Shown here: piece after piece, positions 1 to 8,066 of the stretch
How positions within the stretch are numbered: position 1 is the stretch's first letter
Layout of the letters: each line of letters starts with the position of its first letter
Assembly (NCBI GenBank): GCA_051269935.1
Contig: JBNMFJ010000002.1
Location: 1-37,662 of the forward strand
DNA: 37,662 nt
Reading direction: 5' to 3'
Origin: Patescibacteria group bacterium
Lineage (GTDB): Archaea > Nanobdellota > Nanobdellia > Pacearchaeales > GW2011-AR1
The notes under the pieces: model-generated
Database searches by the model: none
Told to the model about the DNA's origin: nothing
Seen by the model: only the letters and a program-made list of their open reading frames with translations
Translations under genes and position numbers: made by a program

Positions 1-113
1 ATTTTACAGTCTTTTTGATTGACTTGTTCTATAGCTTCTTTATGATTGTTATTGCAGCAGTAGTTTTGATGTATTTGCAGCTTTTTGTAAAGTTTATATA
101 TAATTTTATTTGA
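1..113 (+). CDS. 3' end of a CDS truncated by the window edge (hydrophobic C-terminus, function unknown)
   Basis: Frame 3 is open from the window edge for 36 codons (FTVFLIDLFYSFFMIVIAAVVLMYLQLFVKFIYNFI) up to TGA at 111-113. That is unusual in such AT-rich DNA. T-runs follow. Too short and partial to appear in the ORF track. Confidence 0.25.
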   Translation, partial: FTVFLIDLFYSFFMIVIAAVVLMYLQLFVKFIYNFI

Positions 114-157
114 TTTATATATTTTTGAGTTTTTGGTAATGGTACAGAATATGTTTA

Positions 158-228
158 TGCGCAGTGGGAGAATTGAACTCCCGTCTCAACGTTGGCAACG
201 TCACGTTCTACCACTAAACTAACCGCGC
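158..228 (-). tRNA. tRNA-Gly (anticodon GCC), 71 nt, no intron, CCA not encoded
   Basis: The reverse complement folds by hand into a cloverleaf: GCGCGGT TA GTTT AGTGGTA GAAC G TGACG TTGCCAA CGTTG AGAC GGGAG TTCAATT CTCCC ACTGCGC A. It has a 7-bp acceptor stem (one G-U), 4-bp D stem, 5-bp anticodon stem, loop TT-GCC-AA, 5-bp T stem and a TTCAATT T-loop. It is a GC-rich patch in AT-rich surroundings. Confidence 0.9.
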
Positions 229-260
229 AGGACTAGAATATACATTTACTACATTGAAAC

Positions 261-268
261 TTTAAAAA
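261..268 (-). promoter_or_regulatory. TATA-like box upstream of tRNA-Gly
   Basis: The minus strand reads GCTTTTTAAAGT, centred about 36 nt upstream of the mature tRNA 5' end. This fits a TATA box plus a short 5' leader. Confidence 0.4.
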
Positions 269-276
269 GCTAACTC

Positions 277-873
277 TTAGCTTTTTTTATCCTTTTTCTT
301 TGTGGAAATTTCCTTTTTTTCTACGTTCCATTTTCTGGCTCTTTTTTCCATGTATATTGCAACGTATATTGCACAGATTATTATGAGTAAATATACGGAT
401 AGGAATTCATACCATTTGTATTGCAAGACTTTGGTTATTGATAAAACAACTAGGCTATACCAGGTGACTATTGAGATGCTTCCGGAGATTGAACTTGAGT
501 ATAATATTTCTTGTGTGCAATTTTTTTGCCCCTCAAGTACACATTTGTTTATTCCTGGGCTCACTACTTTTTGTAGGTATATTCCGTTTAGTATTACAAT
601 TGCAAATAGGGCCATTTTAAATCTGAATAAATTGCTTGCTAATAATTCGGGTTTTTGAATTAGCATGATAATTCCACTGAGAAGTATTACGATAATTCCA
701 GCATTAATTAATTTACTTACATATGGATATATACGAATAAATTTACTTTCTAGAGATCGCTTTCGAAGTCCTATGATATGTAAGTAATCTACGAAGGTTA
801 CGGATCCAACGCAGACGGCTACTCCTAGAATATGAAATACAAGGCTTATTATGTACATGATTCCCTCTTCCAT
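277..873 (-). CDS. Multi-pass membrane protein, unknown function
   Basis: 198-aa ORF with several long hydrophobic segments. The ATG at 871-873 lies about 26 nt downstream (minus strand) of a TATATATAAA box at 894-904. I recognise no diagnostic family motif. Confidence 0.65.
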   Translation of the reverse strand: MEEGIMYIISLVFHILGVAVCVGSVTFVDYLHIIGLRKRSLESKFIRIYPYVSKLINAGIIVILLSGIIMLIQKPELLASNLFRFKMALFAIVILNGIYLQKVVSPGINKCVLEGQKNCTQEILYSSSISGSISIVTWYSLVVLSITKVLQYKWYEFLSVYLLIIICAIYVAIYMEKRARKWNVEKKEISTKKKDKKS

Positions 874-925
874 GATATAACTAATTTTTCGCTATATATA
901 AATTTACACATTGAGATGTCGTTGG

Positions 926-935
926 ATTTAAATAG
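926..935 (+). promoter_or_regulatory. TATA box (ATTTAAATAG) for the leaderless membrane-protein gene starting at 956
   Basis: The box centre is 25-26 nt upstream of ATG 956. The identical 10-mer with identical spacing recurs at 21648-21657 before ATG 21678. Confidence 0.55.
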
Positions 936-955
936 TACTTTCTGCTTTGTATTTG

Positions 956-2572
956 ATGGTGGTACAGAAGGATATTCTTAAAAGACTTGATTCTCAGGAA
1001 AAACGTATTCTTGCTCTTGAAAAGTATGCTGGAATTAGACCAAGTGAGCCTGTTCATGCTAAAAAGGAATCTCATGTTAAAGAGAAAAAACATGAGTCTT
1101 CTGATTCTATTAAGTTAGACTTTAATCAAATTATTACTGGGCTCGGAGTTTTGGGCGTTGTTATTGGTTTAATTTCATTTTTCTTTTATGCTGTTGCTAA
1201 TGATTGGATTGGGCAGTTTGGCCAGATAGTTATTGGGATTTGTGTTGGTGTTTTATTATTCGGATTTTCATTACTTTTACGAGAGAATAAAGAGAAGTGG
1301 AGTAATGTGGTTGTTGGTGGAAGCTTTTTTGTATTCTTCTTGTCAATTGGTGTGGGTGTTTTAGAATATGCTGTTATTAGTGAAGCGTTCGGATTTGTTC
1401 TTCTGGCGTTATTCTTAATTGCTTCAACGTATGTGAGTATCCATTTTGCATCTCGTTCTATTGGATACTTTACTGTTGTCGGTGGTTATTTGGTTCCGTT
1501 TATTAGTGGATATGCCGAGGCTTATGGCTTCTTGCTGTTATATTATGCTTTGTTCACTCTTGGGTTAGTGGCTGTTTCTTTCATGCAGAATTGGTATGAT
1601 TTACGGTTTGTTTCATATGGGGTGATGGTGTTGTTTATTGCTAGTTTCTATGATATATTCACGAACCAATTTGCGAATGCTATTGGTGTTCTATTTCTGA
1701 TATTTGTTTTTGTTATGTATCATGCTTCTTCCTTGTATAGTGTTACTATGAAGGAGACTATTCATCTGCATGCATTGGATAATGCTGTTTTGATTACTAT
1801 ATCTGGTGTTATTTTGGGTATGATTTCATTTATGTTTGATTTGACGAATGAGATGTATGGATTGATTGTTTTATTGTTTGCAGTGATTTATCTGGTTGAG
1901 GCCCTTTCAATGAAATTACAGAAGGTGGATGATAGTGTTATGTATACTTTAATTGCTGTTTGTATTATATTGGCTAATATTAGTATTTTGCTTTTGTTAG
2001 ATTCTTTGAGAAATGATTACTTTATGATTTTGTTTATGGTTGAGTATGTTTTATATTCTATCTTGGCAGTTAAGTCTACCTATTCTACCTTATATGATGT
2101 ATTCTCAAAGATTTGCCTTGTTTTGGTTGGTCTTTGGTATGTATTTATTGTTCGATTTATGGAGTCCTTTTTACATTCATTATTTTTCTTGACTGTGATG
2201 TTAGCTTTTGTTGTGGCTTTGTTTGTCTTATTTAAGTTAGATTTTGATGCTGATTTTAATGCCGGGACTTTTGTGATTTCTGGGTTCTTGTTTATTTATT
2301 CATTCCATAAGTTTGTGTGGTGGATTGGAATCTCAGATACTGTTGCTCAGATTGTTCTGTCTGTGTTATGGTTGGTATATACTTTGGTTCTGTATGCTCA
2401 GGCTGAAGAGATTAGAGAGAAGGTATTTATTGGAATATTATTAGGAATAACTTTACTTAAAATTGCATTTAATGATTTATTCTATTTAGATGGTGCGTTT
2501 AGAATTGTTGGATTTATTATCTTTGGTATTTTATTGATTGTTGGTGGATATTTTATTCGAGATGATGCGTAG
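956..2572 (+). CDS. Large polytopic membrane protein, DUF2339-like
   Basis: The ORF track starts at TTG 947, but the first ATG is 956 (MVVQKD...), at leaderless distance from the TATA box. An N-terminal coiled segment (ILKRLDSQEKRILALEK) is followed by a charged linker and more than 12 hydrophobic helices. The first helix context, FFFYAVANDWIG, resembles DUF2339 proteins. Confidence 0.7.
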   Translation: MVVQKDILKRLDSQEKRILALEKYAGIRPSEPVHAKKESHVKEKKHESSDSIKLDFNQIITGLGVLGVVIGLISFFFYAVANDWIGQFGQIVIGICVGVLLFGFSLLLRENKEKWSNVVVGGSFFVFFLSIGVGVLEYAVISEAFGFVLLALFLIASTYVSIHFASRSIGYFTVVGGYLVPFISGYAEAYGFLLLYYALFTLGLVAVSFMQNWYDLRFVSYGVMVLFIASFYDIFTNQFANAIGVLFLIFVFVMYHASSLYSVTMKETIHLHALDNAVLITISGVILGMISFMFDLTNEMYGLIVLLFAVIYLVEALSMKLQKVDDSVMYTLIAVCIILANISILLLLDSLRNDYFMILFMVEYVLYSILAVKSTYSTLYDVFSKICLVLVGLWYVFIVRFMESFLHSLFFLTVMLAFVVALFVLFKLDFDADFNAGTFVISGFLFIYSFHKFVWWIGISDTVAQIVLSVLWLVYTLVLYAQAEEIREKVFIGILLGITLLKIAFNDLFYLDGAFRIVGFIIFGILLIVGGYFIRDDA

Positions 2573-2612
2573 ATTTATCTAAAGTAAGGGAGATCTATTT
2601 TTACTTTACTAT

Positions 2613-3716
2613 TTATTCAAGAGCTGGTACTGTTTTATGAATTTGATAATATAGGAATGCTCCTCCAGATAAAGCGATAGTTATATTTGGTGAGAGTAGT
2701 TTCATTTTTTTTAGTATATTTCCAGAATGCCCTCCTGCGATAATTGTTCTTGTTTTTGTTCTTTTTATATGGGTGAATATTTCTTTTGTTCCTTTTTGGA
2801 ATTCTGGATCTTCAATTTTACCGAGTGGTCCCTTTATTATGAGTAGCTTTGCTTTGCTTATGCTTTGCTTTATCTTTGCTATGGTTTTTTCTCCAATGTC
2901 GAGTATGTCGTACTGTGTTGGTAATTCTTCTACGTTTATCTCTTTTCTTTTTTTATTTTGTGATATTGCTAGATCTATTGGTATTATTGAATTCGTAAGA
3001 ATCATTTTCTTAATTATTGGTTTGTACTCTTCTAAGAGCTTGTCCTTTTTTCCAAGTTTTATGTTTTGTTTTTTTAATGCTAGTAATGATATGGTTCCGC
3101 CAAGGATTGTTTTGTTATTATTTACTATTTCAAGTAAATCATCTGGTTTATTTCCTCCGAGGATATATATTTTATTTTTTATTTTACTTGCTATTTTTGC
3201 AAGTTGTAATTCTTTTTGGAAAGTGGGACCTTGATAATTTGGTACCTTTCCTTTGAAGCCGATGACTGATGTGTGCTTTCGGTGGGAGGTTGAGAAGGCG
3301 TCATTTATATATACGTCAATTAGAGGTAAAAAGGTATCGAGGATTGAATTATTCTTTCTCTTAGGTGTAAATTCATCCGAGTTAGATCTTATGTTCTCTA
3401 ATAATACTGCTTCTTTCGAACGTAATACTTTTATTTTCTTTGTATCTGTTGTTGATTTGATGTATGTTATCTTTGTCTTTTTATTTATTATTTCTGCATG
3501 TTGTTTGAGGGTTGTATAATCTTTTTTCCCAGGTGATGATTGGTGTGCAATGCATATTACTTTTGCACCATGTTTTTTTAATAGTTTTATTGTGTTGATT
3601 GATTCTGTTATTCGTTCGTTATATTGTATCTTTTTATTTTTGATGGGAGAATTGATATCTAGTCTTACGAGTACTGTTTTGCCTTTGAGATTTATGTTTC
3701 TTGGTAGTGGTTTCAT
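2613..3716 (-). CDS. pgk: Phosphoglycerate kinase
   Basis: Has the N-terminal VLVRLDINSP motif and the C-terminal IIAGGHSG and LSGGAFL motifs typical of PGK. The start overlaps the gap stop in an ATGA (3713-3716). At 367 aa it is somewhat short for PGK. Confidence 0.85.
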   Translation of the reverse strand: MKPLPRNINLKGKTVLVRLDINSPIKNKKIQYNERITESINTIKLLKKHGAKVICIAHQSSPGKKDYTTLKQHAEIINKKTKITYIKSTTDTKKIKVLRSKEAVLLENIRSNSDEFTPKRKNNSILDTFLPLIDVYINDAFSTSHRKHTSVIGFKGKVPNYQGPTFQKELQLAKIASKIKNKIYILGGNKPDDLLEIVNNNKTILGGTISLLALKKQNIKLGKKDKLLEEYKPIIKKMILTNSIIPIDLAISQNKKRKEINVEELPTQYDILDIGEKTIAKIKQSISKAKLLIIKGPLGKIEDPEFQKGTKEIFTHIKRTKTRTIIAGGHSGNILKKMKLLSPNITIALSGGAFLYYQIHKTVPALE

Positions 3717-4714
3717 TTTTGATAGAGGTGTTCTATTTGTTCGATAGTGTCTACAACACGTGAGGAATATCCGTATTCATTATCATACCATGCATTTATT
3801 CGGTAGCTGTTTCCTACCTTTTGGATAAGGTCTCCGGCGATTACGCTCGAGTGAGAGTTCCCAATGATATCGTTGCTGACTATTGGGTCTGTCGTATATT
3901 CTAAAATATTCTTATACTGTTCTTGTGATGCTGTTTTTAGGGCTCTTTGTAATTGGATAATTGTGGGCTTTTTCTTTAGCGTTACAATTAGGTCTATTAG
4001 AGAACCGTTTGGTATCGGAACTCGTAGTGCATGACCTTTTATCTTTCCTTTTAGTTTTGGGAATAGGCTTTCGATTGCTGCACTAGCTCCCGTTGTTGTT
4101 GGAATGATGTTTATTGCAGCGGCTCTTCCTCTTGAGAATTTATTGTGATGAGTGTCTTGAAGTTCTTGATTGTTTGTATAGGCGTGTATTGTTGTGAATA
4201 GAGCTTTCTCTACTGTGAAGTTTTCGTTAAGGATTGCTATCAATGGTGCTAGGCAGTTAGTTGTGCAAGAAGCGATAGAGAGAACCTCATCGGTCTTTTT
4301 TATTTTCTGTGTAGTAACTCCTGGGATTACTACATTGTCTGGTTTATTGTTTTTACAGGGCGCTGTTATAATTACATGTTTTGCTCCAGCTTTAATATGA
4401 GCCTTTGCTTTCTTGGGGTCAGTAAAGGCTCCGGTTGCTTCGATTACAATATCTATGTTTAATTTTTTCCAAGGTAATTTTAAAGGATCTCTTTGGTTAG
4501 ATATTCGTATTTCCTGATTTTTAACTAATAGCTTATTTTTGTTTATTTTTATTTCATCTTTTAATGGACCGTATACTGAATCGTATTGTAGTAGGTATTT
4601 TGTACTTTCTATGTCGTGAGTATCATTTATTGCGATAATCTTATGTCCTTGTTCGAGAAGTATTCTAGTTATTACTCTTCCAATTCTTCCAAATCCATTT
4701 ATTGCGACCCTCAT
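3713..4714 (-). CDS. gap: Glyceraldehyde-3-phosphate dehydrogenase, class I (bacterial/eukaryotic type)
   Basis: Carries INGFGRIGR, ASCTTNCLAP (catalytic Cys) and WYDNEYGYS motifs. The ORF track extends to 4744, but MRVAINGFGRIGR at 4714 is the usual N-terminus and begins just after the gnd stop (4716-4718). Confidence 0.9.
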   Translation of the reverse strand: MRVAINGFGRIGRVITRILLEQGHKIIAINDTHDIESTKYLLQYDSVYGPLKDEIKINKNKLLVKNQEIRISNQRDPLKLPWKKLNIDIVIEATGAFTDPKKAKAHIKAGAKHVIITAPCKNNKPDNVVIPGVTTQKIKKTDEVLSIASCTTNCLAPLIAILNENFTVEKALFTTIHAYTNNQELQDTHHNKFSRGRAAAINIIPTTTGASAAIESLFPKLKGKIKGHALRVPIPNGSLIDLIVTLKKKPTIIQLQRALKTASQEQYKNILEYTTDPIVSNDIIGNSHSSVIAGDLIQKVGNSYRINAWYDNEYGYSSRVVDTIEQIEHLYQK

Positions 4715-4715
4715 C

Positions 4716-5612
4716 TTACGGTTCGTTATGCCCTCCAAAGGCATGTCTTATGGCTGAGACAAATTTTGTTGCGAAGCTTTGTGTTTTCATTGATGATTTT
4801 CTTTTTTTGATAGCATGTTCTAGTGTATCGGTGTCATTTTTTTGTTTCTTTGCTATTTCTAATGCCCATTTACCAGTTTGTCCTCCACCGATTATTCCTT
4901 TGAAACCTGCGAGCTTGTTATGCTTTTTGAATTCTTTTTGCGCTAATTCTGTTATCCATGATCTGATTACTGATCCATTTGACCATACTTTTGAAACATC
5001 TGCGTAGTTGAGTTTATAGGGGCTTTTGTTAAGTATCCCGTAGCCTTCTGCGTATGCTTCTAGAATTGCATATTCTATTCCATTATGTATTGTTTTTACA
5101 TAGTGTCCAGCCCCTGAAGGACCTAGATAAGCATATCCGTTCTTGACTGCAAGGTCACGAAATAGTTTTTCTATTTTTGTAAATACAGGCTTGTCTCCTC
5201 CAATCATTAGTGATGCTCCGTTGAGTGCACCAGTTAATCCTCCGGATGTTCCCATGTCAATAAAATTAATTCCTCTTTTCTTTAAGTCTTTATATCTTTT
5301 AATTGAGTCTTTATAGAAAGAATTTCCCGCGTCAATTATTATGTCCCCTTTACTTAAGAAAGGAATTAAGGAATAAATTATGGCGTCGACTGGTTTTCCT
5401 GCTGTTACCATGATCATAATGATTCTTTGCTTTTTATGCTTGGATATTACTTCTTCAATAGTGTATGCAGGTGTTGCTCCTTTTTTTACTAATTTCTTGA
5501 TTGGCTTTGGTGATCTATTATGAACTATTACTTTATATTTTTTTCTAAGTAAACTTTGGGCCATTAATGATCCCATTCTTCCTAAGCCTATAATTGCAAT
5601 TTCTTTTTTCAT
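4716..5612 (-). CDS. gnd: 6-phosphogluconate dehydrogenase, short (about 300 aa) Gnd/YqeC-like form
   Basis: Has the Rossmann motif IAIIGLGRMGSLMA and the 6PGDH signature GAGHYVKTIHNGIEYA. An ATGA overlap joins it to the upstream SDR gene (5609-5612). Confidence 0.8.
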   Translation of the reverse strand: MKKEIAIIGLGRMGSLMAQSLLRKKYKVIVHNRSPKPIKKLVKKGATPAYTIEEVISKHKKQRIIMIMVTAGKPVDAIIYSLIPFLSKGDIIIDAGNSFYKDSIKRYKDLKKRGINFIDMGTSGGLTGALNGASLMIGGDKPVFTKIEKLFRDLAVKNGYAYLGPSGAGHYVKTIHNGIEYAILEAYAEGYGILNKSPYKLNYADVSKVWSNGSVIRSWITELAQKEFKKHNKLAGFKGIIGGGQTGKWALEIAKKQKNDTDTLEHAIKKRKSSMKTQSFATKFVSAIRHAFGGHNEP

Positions 5613-6376
5613 TTTTTATCCTTCATGTGATTTATATGGTGTTTGCACATTTGGAATCCGTCGTCTTTGGGTTTGTAACCGACTAATTTTTTTGTTTCTT
5701 CTAAGTTCATGTATTTATGCTTATTGTTAGATGTTCCTGCGAGTATACCGTATTTTACTTTTGCAGGTGCCATGATTGATTTATGTATTAGTTGGCCCAT
5801 GTCTCGTTGTGAAATGACGTAGTCGAAATTATCTCTTGTCATACAAACTGTATGCTGCTGATCATTGCTGACGTATGCTCCGATTCTAATTGCCAAGCAG
5901 GAGAGGTTATACTTAATTGAAAATACATGGCAGAGAGCTTCGTTAAATACTTTTGTTGCTCCATAGAAGTTCAGAGGTTTTGGTGCGTAGTTTGTTTTTA
6001 TCTGTTTCCCTAATGGATATCCTCGGATTGCATGGACTGAGCTGGCAACGATTACCCTTTTTACACCTGAGAGTCTTGCCGCTTCGAGGACATTGTATGC
6101 TCCCATAATGTTTGGCTCAACTAAATCTTTAAATTCTGCATTTGCGTCTGCATTTGCAGCTAAGTTTACGACTACATCAAATCCTTTCATTCTTGACTTT
6201 AATTTGGAGATACTTGAGAGGTCTATTTTTTTTATTGGATGAGAAGATTTTGGTTTTGTTTTATGATATCCGATAGTTATGTCATAATATTTTTTGTAAT
6301 GAGCTTCGTATTCATCGATGAGTCCTGGGCCGATTCTTCCAGTTAGTCCAATATAGAGTACTTTCTTTTTCACCAT
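5609..6376 (-). CDS. Extended short-chain dehydrogenase/reductase of the uronate dehydrogenase / Azf-like type (candidate glucose-6-phosphate dehydrogenase)
   Basis: Contains GLTGRIGPGL (GxxGxxG), ASSVHAIRGYP, YGATK (the YxxxK catalytic motif) and AIRIGAY. At 255 aa it is the first gene of the SDR-gnd-gap-pgk operon. Confidence 0.75.
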   Translation of the reverse strand: MVKKKVLYIGLTGRIGPGLIDEYEAHYKKYYDITIGYHKTKPKSSHPIKKIDLSSISKLKSRMKGFDVVVNLAANADANAEFKDLVEPNIMGAYNVLEAARLSGVKRVIVASSVHAIRGYPLGKQIKTNYAPKPLNFYGATKVFNEALCHVFSIKYNLSCLAIRIGAYVSNDQQHTVCMTRDNFDYVISQRDMGQLIHKSIMAPAKVKYGILAGTSNNKHKYMNLEETKKLVGYKPKDDGFQMCKHHINHMKDKK

Positions 6377-6437
6377 CTTCCTTTATAGAATATATGTGAT
6401 GAAGTATATAAGTTTAGTGGGGAATGCTGTTTTCGTT

Positions 6438-6448
6438 AAATATAAAAA
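6438..6448 (+). promoter_or_regulatory. TATA box (AAATATAAAAA) for the leaderless flavoprotein gene at 6470
   Basis: The box is centred 27 nt upstream of ATG 6470. Confidence 0.5.
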
Positions 6449-6469
6449 GGATATTGGTTTTTTCTTATT

Positions 6470-7891
6470 ATGGAAGAGAGTGAGGGGACTAATTTTGATT
6501 TGATTGTTATTGGTGCGGGTGCTGGTGGATTAAATATTGCTTCGTTTATGACTAAGGTTGGATTTAAGGTGCTATTGGTTGATAGGACTGATGAAAACAT
6601 AGGTGGTGAATGCTTGAATACGGGATGTGTTCCTTCTAAGGCTTTAATCCATGTGGCGAAAGTAGTTCATGATGCTAAAGCTGCAAAACAGTTTAACTTG
6701 CGTGTTATGGGAGACGTTCATTTTCCGACGGTGATGAAGTATGTTAATGATAAGGTTGAGACAATTAGGGTTCATGAAAATGCAGATTATTTTATTAAGA
6801 TGGGTATGCATGTTGCTTTGGGTATTGCTCGTTTTATTGGTCGACGTTCAATTATGGTTAATGGATCTATTTATACTGGGAAAAAGATTATTGTGGCGAC
6901 TGGCTCGAGAGCTCGAATGCTTGATGTGCCGGGAATGCCAACTGCTGATTATGTGACAAATGATAATTTATTTTCGTTAAAAGATCAACCAAGACACTTA
7001 TTGATTGTGGGTGGTGGACCAATTGGTTTAGAAATGGCTCAGGCATTTAGACGATTGGGAAGTAAGGTTACTGTTTTAATTCGAGGTGAGAAGTTTTTAC
7101 CGAAAGAGTCTTCAGTGGTTACTGATATATTACTTAAGGAATTAGATGCTGAGGGAGTACGAATTGTATTTAATGCACATATTGATTCGTTTCCGGATCC
7201 TAATACGGCCCTTGTTATTCAGAAAGAGAAAAGAACAAAGGTTCGATTTGATAAGGTATTGATTAGTATTGGTCGAGATTTAAATTTTAAGGGATTGGAT
7301 TTGGAGAAGGCAGGTGTTGCAGTGACTGAAGATGGAATAATTCGTGATGATTATTTACGTACAACGAATAAAGATATATTATTGGCTGGTGATATTGTTG
7401 GTGCTAAAATGTTTACTCATTCTGCTGAATTGCATGCTTCAGTAATTATTCATAACTTCTTTGCTCCGTTTTTTATTCGAAAGAAAAAGTTTAATGAAGA
7501 TAAAATGAGTTGGGTGACGTTTACGGACCCAGAAATTGCTACTTTTGGATTGAATGAAGAACAGTTGCTTGATCGAGGAGTTAAGTTCATTAAAATGAGT
7601 TTGGATTTTACGCATGATGATCGTGCTATTGTTGATGAAGCGACTAATGGTAATGTTGTTATTTATGTTTCTAAGGGTAGAATTGTTGGAGGATCTATGG
7701 TTGGTAAAAATGCTGGAGAGTTAAGTCAAGAATTGATTTTTGCAATGGCGAATGATATGCCTTTGAAGAGCTTTTTGAAGAAGACACATGCGTATCCAAC
7801 TGCAAGTAGGATTAATAAGGCGATTGTTGGTCGTTATTTAATTGGTGGTATTGGCTCCTTTTCTAAACGAATGATGCATTTAATGTATTGA
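6470..7891 (+). CDS. Class I pyridine nucleotide-disulfide oxidoreductase (Lpd/GR/MerA-like), atypical C-terminal dyad
   Basis: Has the FAD motif IGAGAGG, the redox-active disulfide GGECLNTGCVPSK and a second dinucleotide motif VGGGPIGLE. The C-terminal dimerisation region reads HAYPTASR where Lpd/GR have H-P-T-x-x-E. Confidence 0.85.
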   Translation: MEESEGTNFDLIVIGAGAGGLNIASFMTKVGFKVLLVDRTDENIGGECLNTGCVPSKALIHVAKVVHDAKAAKQFNLRVMGDVHFPTVMKYVNDKVETIRVHENADYFIKMGMHVALGIARFIGRRSIMVNGSIYTGKKIIVATGSRARMLDVPGMPTADYVTNDNLFSLKDQPRHLLIVGGGPIGLEMAQAFRRLGSKVTVLIRGEKFLPKESSVVTDILLKELDAEGVRIVFNAHIDSFPDPNTALVIQKEKRTKVRFDKVLISIGRDLNFKGLDLEKAGVAVTEDGIIRDDYLRTTNKDILLAGDIVGAKMFTHSAELHASVIIHNFFAPFFIRKKKFNEDKMSWVTFTDPEIATFGLNEEQLLDRGVKFIKMSLDFTHDDRAIVDEATNGNVVIYVSKGRIVGGSMVGKNAGELSQELIFAMANDMPLKSFLKKTHAYPTASRINKAIVGRYLIGGIGSFSKRMMHLMY

Positions 7892-8066
7892 TTTTTAGCA
7901 GTGAAATGGAGGAGTATTTATAGTAGGTATGGTTTGTATGTTTATGGCCGATCTTTATTTTCCCTAGCTGTTATCTCTGGACCTGATATGAGGAAGGATA
8001 TTTATTTATGGTAAATTTTTACGAAAGTATAAAAAGTCTATTGCTTTATTTTCTTTAGGCGATACT

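Noticed and set aside
302-658. Many 60-150-aa ORF-track entries lie antisense to, or out of frame within, well-supported genes. Examples are 302-658, 2773-3234, 3017-3519, 4194-4400, 8251-8816, 12006-12299, 13923-14222, 14729-15109, 25120-25584, 27566-27796, 28448-28714, 32386-33533 and 34856-35480.
   Set aside because: They overlap CDS with clear family motifs on the other strand or frame. Their translations are Phe/Leu/Ile/Ser/Cys-rich low-information sequence, typical of the complement of A/G-rich codons in AT-rich genomes. None has a TATA box or SD at the right distance.
947-955. TTG-initiated N-terminal extensions in the ORF track (947 for the DUF2339-like gene, 33678 for infB, 16844 for the SIS gene) and the 10-codon extension of gap to 4744.
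   Set aside because: In each case an in-frame ATG gives the family-typical N-terminus. It also fits the 25-27 nt TATA-to-ATG spacing or, for gap, avoids overlapping the gnd coding end.
7892-8066. Possible TPP riboswitch in the 175-nt spacer upstream of transketolase (it contains GGACCTGATATG, reminiscent of the ACCUGAU core).
   Set aside because: I could find neither the conserved CUGAGA element nor the paired helices of the TPP aptamer. Transketolase is a TPP user, not a thiamine biosynthesis or transport gene. The TATA-like box at 8027-8036 leaves only a short leader.
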